Shown: in pieces, positions 20,263 through 27,675 of the stretch
Numbering within the stretch: the first letter of the stretch is position 1
Layout: each line of letters opens with the position of its first letter
Assembly (NCBI GenBank): GCA_947303855.1
Contig: CAMYZO010000001.1
Location: 24,072 to 88,071 of the forward strand
Direction of reading: 5' to 3'
DNA from: an uncultured Prevotellaceae bacterium
Lineage (GTDB): Bacteria > Bacteroidota > Bacteroidia > Bacteroidales > Bacteroidaceae
Length of the DNA stretch: 64,000 nt
The notes under the pieces: model-generated
Databases searched by the model: none
Seen by the model: only the letters and a program-made list of their open reading frames with translations
What the model was told of the DNA's origin: nothing
Position numbers and translations under genes: made by a program

Positions 20263-21288
20263 CTACTGATAACGTTGTATGGTTTCAGTGATTGAGGAGA
20301 ACAGGTTCTCGGCTAAGCGGGGCATCAGTTGTTGAGGTCGGCAGGTAGGCCATATCTGTCTGAAGCGGTCATAGGTAGAAGCCTGAGTCGGTAGCGGGTG
20401 GAAACTGAGGAGTTCCATATCGAGCCACTTTCCCAGTTGCTCTTCTGGCTGCTGCGCAAGATTGTCTGGCAACTGATGACATATCCACACCAACCAAGGT
20501 TTCATAACGCCGCGGGCTACAGCCGTATAACGGTCAATACCCTTGCTGCACAGTTTGAGGGCTTCTTGAAGAGCAGTGTCAGCATTGGCCCCAGTGGTTT
20601 TGCCTATGGCTTTTTTCCGGAGATCCTGACTGCTGGTAATGCCGGGCAAAACCGTCAGGTTGCCGCTGTAGGTTATCAGGTTTACCCGTGCCATGTCTAA
20701 GCCCAGTTGTTTTCTCTCGTCAATCCATTCAAGACAACGCTGCAGGATGAACACGCCATCGTCTATGTCGTTCAAGTCGCTGTAGACCTGCAACAGTATA
20801 ACGATGTCGAGCGTGGTGGTCATCGGTACCTTCCGCCGTTCTCTGATAGCCTGCTGAAGCCTTTCAGGAATAGGCAGGCTGCTTAGCGTGGCTACAAGAT
20901 TGGACGTGTTATTCAGGAAGGAGCGGTATGTGTTAACGCCAAACCCTTGTACAGATTGTCCCTGCAGCCGTCCTCGTTCAATCTGGGCCATGTGTGCTAC
21001 ACCCGTATTCAGGTCATCGCGTTGCTGGTTAAGCGACCTTCTCATGTCCTGCACGCGCTGGTCAGTGGACTCTTTAGGAAACAGCAGGTCTATTTTTGAC
21101 ATAAACCCGTGATATTTAGGAGGCACTTCCGCAACCTTCAACTTGTTCATGGTGGCAAATGAAAGTATTGTATCGAAAGTGGAACGCAGTTTGTTCAACT
21201 TGTCTTCCACATCGTTACCTTCTGTAAATGCGGTGAGCATTTTCGTATAGAGATAGTTAGCTTCCTGCTCGCTAAGTAGTCGTTCCAT
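20263..21288 (-). CDS. N-terminal helical domain plus degenerate TerY/YegL-like vWA domain
   Basis: C-half follows the vWA pattern DIVILL, VNLITYSG, ADTALQEALKL, KPWLVWI, NLFSSI; MIDAS is absent. Confidence 0.6.
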   Translation of the reverse strand: MERLLSEQEANYLYTKMLTAFTEGNDVEDKLNKLRSTFDTILSFATMNKLKVAEVPPKYHGFMSKIDLLFPKESTDQRVQDMRRSLNQQRDDLNTGVAHMAQIERGRLQGQSVQGFGVNTYRSFLNNTSNLVATLSSLPIPERLQQAIRERRKVPMTTTLDIVILLQVYSDLNDIDDGVFILQRCLEWIDERKQLGLDMARVNLITYSGNLTVLPGITSSQDLRKKAIGKTTGANADTALQEALKLCSKGIDRYTAVARGVMKPWLVWICHQLPDNLAQQPEEQLGKWLDMELLSFHPLPTQASTYDRFRQIWPTCRPQQLMPRLAENLFSSITETIQRYQ

Positions 21289-21308
21289 ATTCTTTTAGGG
21301 TGTCATTA

Positions 21309-22487
21309 TCAGCGTTTGATGGAATAGGCTCCACTGTGAACAAACTCAATGTCATCTCCTCCCGGTTGTGAGAATTGCGACTTCTTCAGACTGCTGAAGA
21401 CATCTTTGAAAAGCCCTTGCAGCGAGGTGTCTTCCAGGAAAAAGGCATTCGGCGATAGTCGTTTGAGATTTTCCATGTTGGCCTGTTTGCTAATGCCTAT
21501 GGGCAGCACATACAACTCGCGGTTGGCCTGCATCTGCTTTACGCGCTGATAAGCCTCTTCCATACGCGGGTCTTTAAACTTTCCGTTTGAGAGAATGATA
21601 AGCCAAGGCTTGAAATAACTGACGCCATAGTCGGGGGTGCGCATCAGGCGGATGCGCTCCTGTAGTTTGTCAAGCGCGTTGCATATCGTTTCACCCATGC
21701 GGCTTAGCCCGAAGGGAGTCAGTTGAATAGCATCAAGCAAGGGCTTCTGACGGTCAATGGTTGCAAATGTCACATATTCATGAACGCCACCGCCACATGT
21801 GGCTACGTACAACTCCATTGAAGCGGCCAGCGTTTGCGTGGCATATATCTCGTCGAAGAGTGATGCCAGCCCCTCATCCTCCAGACTTCTAAGGTAGTTG
21901 TTCATGTTAAGACCGTTGTCAATGATAATGATGCAGGGGAAGCGGTTGCCGGGATTGTCAGCCAAATCCTGTTCGCTGATTTTCTCAAGTTCGGCTTGCA
22001 GGACGAGCAAGTCAGGATCGACTATGTGCTTTCTGACTTCTTCGCATTTCTTTTCAATACTCTCCGGTATAACCAACCCCTCGTAAGCCCAGACGATGAA
22101 TTGCGAGATTCGCCACAGAATATACAGGTAGGACTCTTCATCGAAGCCCTCACTCTGCAGATCCTTGTCTGAGACTATCTTCCCGTCGTTGGCCCACCGC
22201 AGCCTACCAAACTTGTCGAGTTGGGTGCGCAGTTTGCGAAATTCCGTGATGCTGTCCTGGCCTGGCCTGGTGTTTCCGTGGTTGGCAAGTACCCATTTCA
22301 GACGTTGGTTGGAGAGCATCCCAGGCTTGTTCGGCAAGTCAGAGAAATCTGCATCGGCCGAGAGCGTACCCATCATGCTGTTCATTTGCGACCAGAGATA
22401 GAACGTCCTTGAGTATAGCGACTTGCTGTCGTCTATACGGCTCCAAAATAAACGAGGATTAAATGAGAATTGTTGAGTTTTTACCAT
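21309..22487 (-). CDS. N-terminal helical domain plus TerY/YegL-like vWA domain
   Basis: NPGNRFPCIIIID, GLSRMGETICNALDKL, VSYFKPWLIILSNG and LFKDVFSSL..SQPG parallel YegL/TerY; MIDAS is altered (DNGLN, SNG). Confidence 0.8.
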   Translation of the reverse strand: MVKTQQFSFNPRLFWSRIDDSKSLYSRTFYLWSQMNSMMGTLSADADFSDLPNKPGMLSNQRLKWVLANHGNTRPGQDSITEFRKLRTQLDKFGRLRWANDGKIVSDKDLQSEGFDEESYLYILWRISQFIVWAYEGLVIPESIEKKCEEVRKHIVDPDLLVLQAELEKISEQDLADNPGNRFPCIIIIDNGLNMNNYLRSLEDEGLASLFDEIYATQTLAASMELYVATCGGGVHEYVTFATIDRQKPLLDAIQLTPFGLSRMGETICNALDKLQERIRLMRTPDYGVSYFKPWLIILSNGKFKDPRMEEAYQRVKQMQANRELYVLPIGISKQANMENLKRLSPNAFFLEDTSLQGLFKDVFSSLKKSQFSQPGGDDIEFVHSGAYSIKR

Positions 22488-22502
22488 AATATATTTCGTC
22501 TG

Positions 22503-24572
22503 TTATTTCCTGTTTCGTTCGTGGTTGTCAACGTATGACTTTCCCACACCGCCGGTAATCAGCTGCAGCCTGTCGATGTCCAAGATTTTCATTAGTTCAA
22601 TATATATAGGCAGACAGAGTCTTAGCTCGGTCTTCTGTGTGAGTATATCGCCAATACCCAGCTCAAGAATGTCTTGTTTAAGAAAAACGGCCTTGGTGCG
22701 ATTGGTCAGCAACTCGTCGTTGAGCATACGGCAAGCCTCATTCAATTGCTGGCAGGCGAACCCGTCTTTTTTCGGAGAAATGCCCGTAAACTCTGCCAAC
22801 TTTCCCATGATGCCCATTGTGGCAAGTTTCAGTGCCGTTCTTTGTTTGGCGGCGGCTTTCACAAGGGAAATGGTGATAATGGCATTGCTCACCATGTGGT
22901 CGTGCTCTTCGAGCTTGGTTTGCAGACGGCTGTCTGGCTGTGTGGTGGCAAAGAGTCCGTTAAGCATGACCTTGCTGCCCAGCTTGGGAATTTCAATACT
23001 CTTGGGCGACATGATGCTGTGCCGTTCAACGAAGGTGGATGCCATCCCCCCAGTATCGACGATCAGAAGGTTTTTTGACAGCCCCAACTGGCGCTGGGCA
23101 GCATCGACCATCAGTTCAGCCTCCTCGCGCTGGCTTACGATACCTACATGAAGTCCCATTTTCTGGTGCATCATTTGTACCACTTCCTCACGGTTGCGCA
23201 GATGTCTCAGTCCGGCGCACCCGAATACGACGAGTTGGCCGAAGGTGGGCAGCACGCCACGCAGATAGCGCTGCCAAAAGGGCCAAGCTTCAGGCTGAGT
23301 CAGAGCCTCATACAGCCGCTTGACGTCCATTTCGCCTTGCGGACTGATAAAGTCGAAGTGCCCGGTACGTATATGCTGAAGGTTGATGCTTGTCCCCGTC
23401 CGTGGTTCATAGACTCTGAAGGATGCAGCACCAAACTCAAGATAGGCGGTTCTGCCATTGTCGACAGGATTGTCTGGGTTGAGCCAGTTGCTAAACTGCC
23501 GCAGCGCATCGTTCTTCTCTACATCAGGCAGCGGGCTGCTCATGCCGAGGAAAATGCTGTCAGCACGCTCTGTGCGTGGAATAAGTATGACATCAGGGTA
23601 GCGTCCGCTCTGTATGCTGCTGTAGTATTCGCCAATATACCTCATCCAGGCGGCTGGCGATATGGCTTGTTTGTTGTGGAAGGTATCGTAGAAAGCCTGA
23701 CGAATGTTGAGTGGCAGGTTATACCAGATCCGTTGCCAAGGACCACGGATCTGGTCGGGCGAGTCATAGCCGATAGGGAACATGAAGCGGCGTTGGCGGC
23801 GGTTCTGCTCAAGCGTGCCTACCCCACCGTTCGAAAATGGCTCCAGTCCCACAAGGAAGATTTTGAAGAGTAATGCCGAGATGGAATAATATTCATCTTC
23901 CAGTGTGCGCATCACGTGCTCGAAATCCTGACAGTCCATCAACCGTGGCGGATCAAACTCGGTAGTATGGACGCCACTTGGAAAATCTCCTATCTGGTAA
24001 CTGTCCACATCGACAAAGTAGACTTCATCGGGATTGCCCGCGCTGGCCAGCACATTCCTGTCATTGACGTCGCCCATCAGGAGTCCGCCCTTGTGCAGAG
24101 TGGCGAAGCGCTTGAGCATGGCTACGGCAAAGCGGCACAAGTCGCGGCGCGACCACTTCCAGTAGTCACGCACCACCTTGGGCATACATACAGTATTACG
24201 CATCTCGCTGGCTTGCTGGTAGTTCATGACAAAGCCTACGCAGCCGCCCCTCTTGTCTGCTTGCTTGTATAGCAATGCCTGTGGAAAACATATACCCACG
24301 GTGTCGGCATCGTGCTTGGCGGCATATTCCATCAAAGTGCGCAACTTTTGCTCAAGAGCGGCACTTGCAGGTTCGTTAAACAGCTTGGCAGCCTTGGCAT
24401 GGGCATCTTTAAGTCCGGAACTGTTGTGCAGTCTGAAGATAACACCCTGTCCGCCATCGTTAAGCCTTCGGTCAAGCCTGACGATGATGTTCTGCTCAGT
24501 AAAGAATGTCTGGAGTTGCTCCTTTGGACTATTCTTTTCTTTCTTGGGCTGTTTATACGATTTTTTGGCCAT
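22503..24572 (-). CDS. YegI-like Ser/Thr protein kinase fused to a C-terminal Ppx/GppA-like (ASKHA) domain
   Basis: Kinase: DGGQGVIF, AAKLF, GFVM, LH..GLLMGDVNDRNVL, FVDVDSYQI, GLEPF. Ppx-like: YLEFGAASFR, GCAGLRHLRN, GLHVGIVSQREEA, IVDTGG. Confidence 0.8.
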   Translation of the reverse strand: MAKKSYKQPKKEKNSPKEQLQTFFTEQNIIVRLDRRLNDGGQGVIFRLHNSSGLKDAHAKAAKLFNEPASAALEQKLRTLMEYAAKHDADTVGICFPQALLYKQADKRGGCVGFVMNYQQASEMRNTVCMPKVVRDYWKWSRRDLCRFAVAMLKRFATLHKGGLLMGDVNDRNVLASAGNPDEVYFVDVDSYQIGDFPSGVHTTEFDPPRLMDCQDFEHVMRTLEDEYYSISALLFKIFLVGLEPFSNGGVGTLEQNRRQRRFMFPIGYDSPDQIRGPWQRIWYNLPLNIRQAFYDTFHNKQAISPAAWMRYIGEYYSSIQSGRYPDVILIPRTERADSIFLGMSSPLPDVEKNDALRQFSNWLNPDNPVDNGRTAYLEFGAASFRVYEPRTGTSINLQHIRTGHFDFISPQGEMDVKRLYEALTQPEAWPFWQRYLRGVLPTFGQLVVFGCAGLRHLRNREEVVQMMHQKMGLHVGIVSQREEAELMVDAAQRQLGLSKNLLIVDTGGMASTFVERHSIMSPKSIEIPKLGSKVMLNGLFATTQPDSRLQTKLEEHDHMVSNAIITISLVKAAAKQRTALKLATMGIMGKLAEFTGISPKKDGFACQQLNEACRMLNDELLTNRTKAVFLKQDILELGIGDILTQKTELRLCLPIYIELMKILDIDRLQLITGGVGKSYVDNHERNRK

Positions 24573-25480
24573 CAGGCCTGTCCTCCTTCCTCCACACTAA
24601 AGCGATCAAAAGTCCAAGTTTGCCAATGTGAAGCGTCACGGTACTGGTTAAGTTTGAAATGTGCCAGAATGACCTGATCCGCGGGTGTGCGGAATCCCGT
24701 ATCCCAGATGGCACCGTCTGGGTAGAGGATGATACCTCCAGCGCCACGTTCGCGTATCTCCTGACGGACGGAAATGGCAAAGTTGTTCTTCAGCCGCTGG
24801 TTAACGAGCCTGAGTGGCTTCGGCTCGTTCACATCGTCTATGATAAACCACCCATCTTCTTTTGCCATTGAGCCTAACTCTTGGAGACGGCTGTTATAAT
24901 CGTCGAAGCAGGCAAAGTCACTCAGTTCATAGATTGACACGAACCGTGTCTTGCCGTCTGTCGGTACAGGAGCCGGGGCTGGTGCTTGTGGCTGTCCCGA
25001 AACAGGCGCTGGTTTTGGAAGGGGCTTATCACTTTTCTTCCTGACGCTTACTGTGACACCGTCTTGTACAGCATCGAAGTAGTCGGTCATTTTCTTTACC
25101 CATGCCCCCAATGTGCCAGACCCCCATTTGATGTCTCGCTGTTCTAATTCTGCTTTGAGTGCGCTCGTCGTAACGAAACCGTCAGCAGATTTCGGCATCT
25201 GGTCTATCACCTCGATTATACGCTGGGCCATTTGTGCCTGGTTCTGCTTGGGGTTGACAAAGGCTGCGTTAATCACATAGTCTGTACCATCGTCAGCCGT
25301 TTCAAAGGTGAGTTCGTCTTGCTCTTCCAAAAAATCCTTGAAATCGTCTATGCCATATTGTTTCCAGTCATAGCCATTTTCTTCAACTTTCACCTTGAGG
25401 GTGTTAACGGGCACTTTGTTCCCATCGCCCAATATCCCAGCATTAACTGCAATTTTAAATAGTTCGTTAGCAATTGCCAT
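24572..25480 (-). CDS. two OST-HTH/LOTUS-like domains, Pro-rich linker and DUF3825-like C-terminal domain
   Basis: YDWKQYGIDDFKDFLEE and DGFVTTSALKAEL...GTLGAWV (LOTUS-like); DFACF....LQELGSMAKEDGW...WDTGFRT...ILAHF...W (DUF3825-like). Confidence 0.6.
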   Translation of the reverse strand: MAIANELFKIAVNAGILGDGNKVPVNTLKVKVEENGYDWKQYGIDDFKDFLEEQDELTFETADDGTDYVINAAFVNPKQNQAQMAQRIIEVIDQMPKSADGFVTTSALKAELEQRDIKWGSGTLGAWVKKMTDYFDAVQDGVTVSVRKKSDKPLPKPAPVSGQPQAPAPAPVPTDGKTRFVSIYELSDFACFDDYNSRLQELGSMAKEDGWFIIDDVNEPKPLRLVNQRLKNNFAISVRQEIRERGAGGIILYPDGAIWDTGFRTPADQVILAHFKLNQYRDASHWQTWTFDRFSVEEGGQA

Positions 25481-25520
25481 ATCAAAAAGTTTTAAATTAG
25501 TAATATTATTGTGTAGAATG

Positions 25521-25528
25521 CAAAAATA
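25521..25528 (-). promoter_or_regulatory. -7 promoter element for the LOTUS-kinase-vWA-vWA-PP2C operon
   Basis: TATTTTTG(CA) 40 nt upstream of the ATG at 25480, in an AT-rich spacer. Confidence 0.65.
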
Positions 25529-25603
25529 CTAATAATTCACGACAACCGTAGTCTTTTTTTTTGATAATTGCAATTTTTTAACGATAATTTTTTTGAGACT
25601 GGT

Positions 25604-27064
25604 TCATCCTACCGTTCCTTCCAGCGAGACGGCCAGCAGTTTCTGGGCCTCTACGGCAAACTCCATGGGCAGCTTTTGCAGCACCTCACGGGCGTAGCCG
25701 CCCACGATGAGGCTGACGGCCTGCTCCATGGGAATGCCGCGCTGGTTGCAGTAGAACAGCTGGTCTTCAGAAATCTTCGACGTGGTGGCCTCATGCTCGA
25801 AGACGGCTGTGGGGTTGTGGGCATCCATGTACGGGAACGTGTGAGCCCCGCAGTTGCTGCCCAGCAGCAGCGAGTCGCAGCTGGAGTAGTTGCGTGCATT
25901 GTCGGCAGTGGCGGTGGCACGCACCAGACCACGGTATGAGTTCTGCGAGTGGCCGGCGGAGATGCCCTTCGAGATGATGGTCGACTTGGTGTTACGGCCT
26001 ATGTGTATCATCTTGGTGCCGGTGTCGGCCTCCTGGTAGTTGTTGGTGACGGCAACGCTGTAGAATTCGGCCATGCTGCCGTCGCCGCGCAGGATGCATG
26101 AGGGGTACTTCCAGGTGATGGCGCTGCCGGTCTCTACCTGTGTCCACGACAGTTTTGAGTCGGTGCCGCGCAGGTCGCCGCGCTTGGTTACCAGGTTCAG
26201 CACACCGCCGCGCCCCTGCTCGTCGCCGGGGTACCAGTTCTGCACGGTGGAATACTTCACCTCGGCACGGTTCATGACAACAATCTCGACGATGGCGGCA
26301 TGCAGCTGGTTCTCGTCGCGCATGGGGGCGGTACAGCCTTCCAGATAACTCACGTAGGAGTCGTCGTCGGCCACGATGAGCGTGCGCTCAAACTGTCCCG
26401 TCCCCTTGGCATTGATGCGGAAGTAGCTGCTCAGCTCCATGGGACAGCGCACCCCTTTGGGAATATAGACGAAGGAACCGTCGCTGAAGACGGCCGAGTT
26501 CAGGGCGGCGTAGAAGTTGTCGCGGTATGGGACGACGGTTCCCAGATACTGACGTACCAGGTCGCCGTGCTCCTTGATGGCCTCGCCGATGGAGCAGAAG
26601 ATGACGCCCTTCTCGCGCAGCTTCTCCTTGAACGTGGTCTTCACGGAGACTGAGTCCATGATGGCATCGACGGCAGTGTTACCGCTCAGGGCCAGACGCT
26701 CTTCCAGGGGAATGCCCAGCTTGTCGAAGGTCTTTTCCAGTTCGGGGTCGATGCCTGCCGACGACCCGTTGGAGGCTGGCTTGGCCGTAGGGTCGGCATA
26801 GTAGGAGATGGCCTGATAGTCTACGGGGGGCACGTGGACATGCCCCCATGTAGGCTGCGTCTGCGTCTGCCAGTAGCGGAAGGCGCGCAGACGGAAGTCG
26901 AGCATCCACTCCGGCTCCCCCTTCTTCTGTGAGATAAGTCGCACGACATCCTCGTTGAGGCCAACGGGGATAATGTCGGTATGTACATCGGTGGTGAAGC
27001 CAAACTCATACTTCTGTTCGGCTATATGTCGCACCAATTCATTGTTGTTCTCTTCCATCGTCAT
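25604..27064 (-). CDS. sufB: Fe-S cluster assembly protein SufB
   Basis: [51 protein letters not shown]. Confidence 0.97.
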   Translation of the reverse strand: MTMEENNNELVRHIAEQKYEFGFTTDVHTDIIPVGLNEDVVRLISQKKGEPEWMLDFRLRAFRYWQTQTQPTWGHVHVPPVDYQAISYYADPTAKPASNGSSAGIDPELEKTFDKLGIPLEERLALSGNTAVDAIMDSVSVKTTFKEKLREKGVIFCSIGEAIKEHGDLVRQYLGTVVPYRDNFYAALNSAVFSDGSFVYIPKGVRCPMELSSYFRINAKGTGQFERTLIVADDDSYVSYLEGCTAPMRDENQLHAAIVEIVVMNRAEVKYSTVQNWYPGDEQGRGGVLNLVTKRGDLRGTDSKLSWTQVETGSAITWKYPSCILRGDGSMAEFYSVAVTNNYQEADTGTKMIHIGRNTKSTIISKGISAGHSQNSYRGLVRATATADNARNYSSCDSLLLGSNCGAHTFPYMDAHNPTAVFEHEATTSKISEDQLFYCNQRGIPMEQAVSLIVGGYAREVLQKLPMEFAVEAQKLLAVSLEGTVG

Positions 27065-27078
27065 TTTTGTTTGGGCTG

Positions 27079-27086
27079 CAAAATTA
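27079..27086 (-). promoter_or_regulatory. -7 promoter element for sufB
   Basis: TAATTTTG(CAGCC). Confidence 0.65.
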
Positions 27087-27159
27087 CAAAAAAAGTTGTA
27101 AAGAACAACGGATTTTGGGAGAATTAACGCAATTCGGTATAATTGCTCTTAGGAGCTTA

Positions 27160-27654
27160 TCACCTATGCAGTTCTCCACGCGAGAATGCCGGCTGGTCAG
27201 ATGGCGTGTCGTTAGGGTCGGTAACATCTGTGCCGCCACCAGTGAATACGGCCTGCCTGACGGTCAGTAGCAGCGTGTCACTGGCAGCAATAAACACAAC
27301 GTCCATGGCACGCTGACTGGTCTGCAGGTTCTGGGTGCAGGCCACCTTCACCTGTGGCGTGCCTGAGGTGTAGGGTACCTGTGTTACGGTGAGCCAGTCT
27401 TTGCCGGCGGCCTGCACCTGTCTGCTGATGGCGGTGCTGAGTCCTGTCAGAGTTACGGTCTTTTCAGAGGCCTCTGCGGGCATACTACAGGTCAGACTAT
27501 AGAAATTGCCTTTCGTCTCTGGAGTGGGTGTGGGTGTAGGCGTGGGTGTAGGTGTAGGTATTGGCGTGTCAGGTGCATCATCGCCGCCTCCGCCACATGA
27601 TGTGATGGCAAGTGTTGCCACCAGACCAAACAATAGATATCTGAATGTCTTCAT
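27160..27654 (-). CDS. lipoprotein with Pro-Thr linker and BACON-like domain
   Basis: Lipobox ITSC, (PT)n linker, DWLTV...N....R......LTVRQ pattern. Confidence 0.7.
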   Translation of the reverse strand: MKTFRYLLFGLVATLAITSCGGGGDDAPDTPIPTPTPTPTPTPTPETKGNFYSLTCSMPAEASEKTVTLTGLSTAISRQVQAAGKDWLTVTQVPYTSGTPQVKVACTQNLQTSQRAMDVVFIAASDTLLLTVRQAVFTGGGTDVTDPNDTPSDQPAFSRGELHR

Positions 27655-27675
27655 GTTGCTAATTCTGAGTGTTGA

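Noticed and set aside
27521-27568. GGTGT(A/G) hexamer repeats
   Set aside because: They encode the Pro-Thr linker of the lipoprotein.
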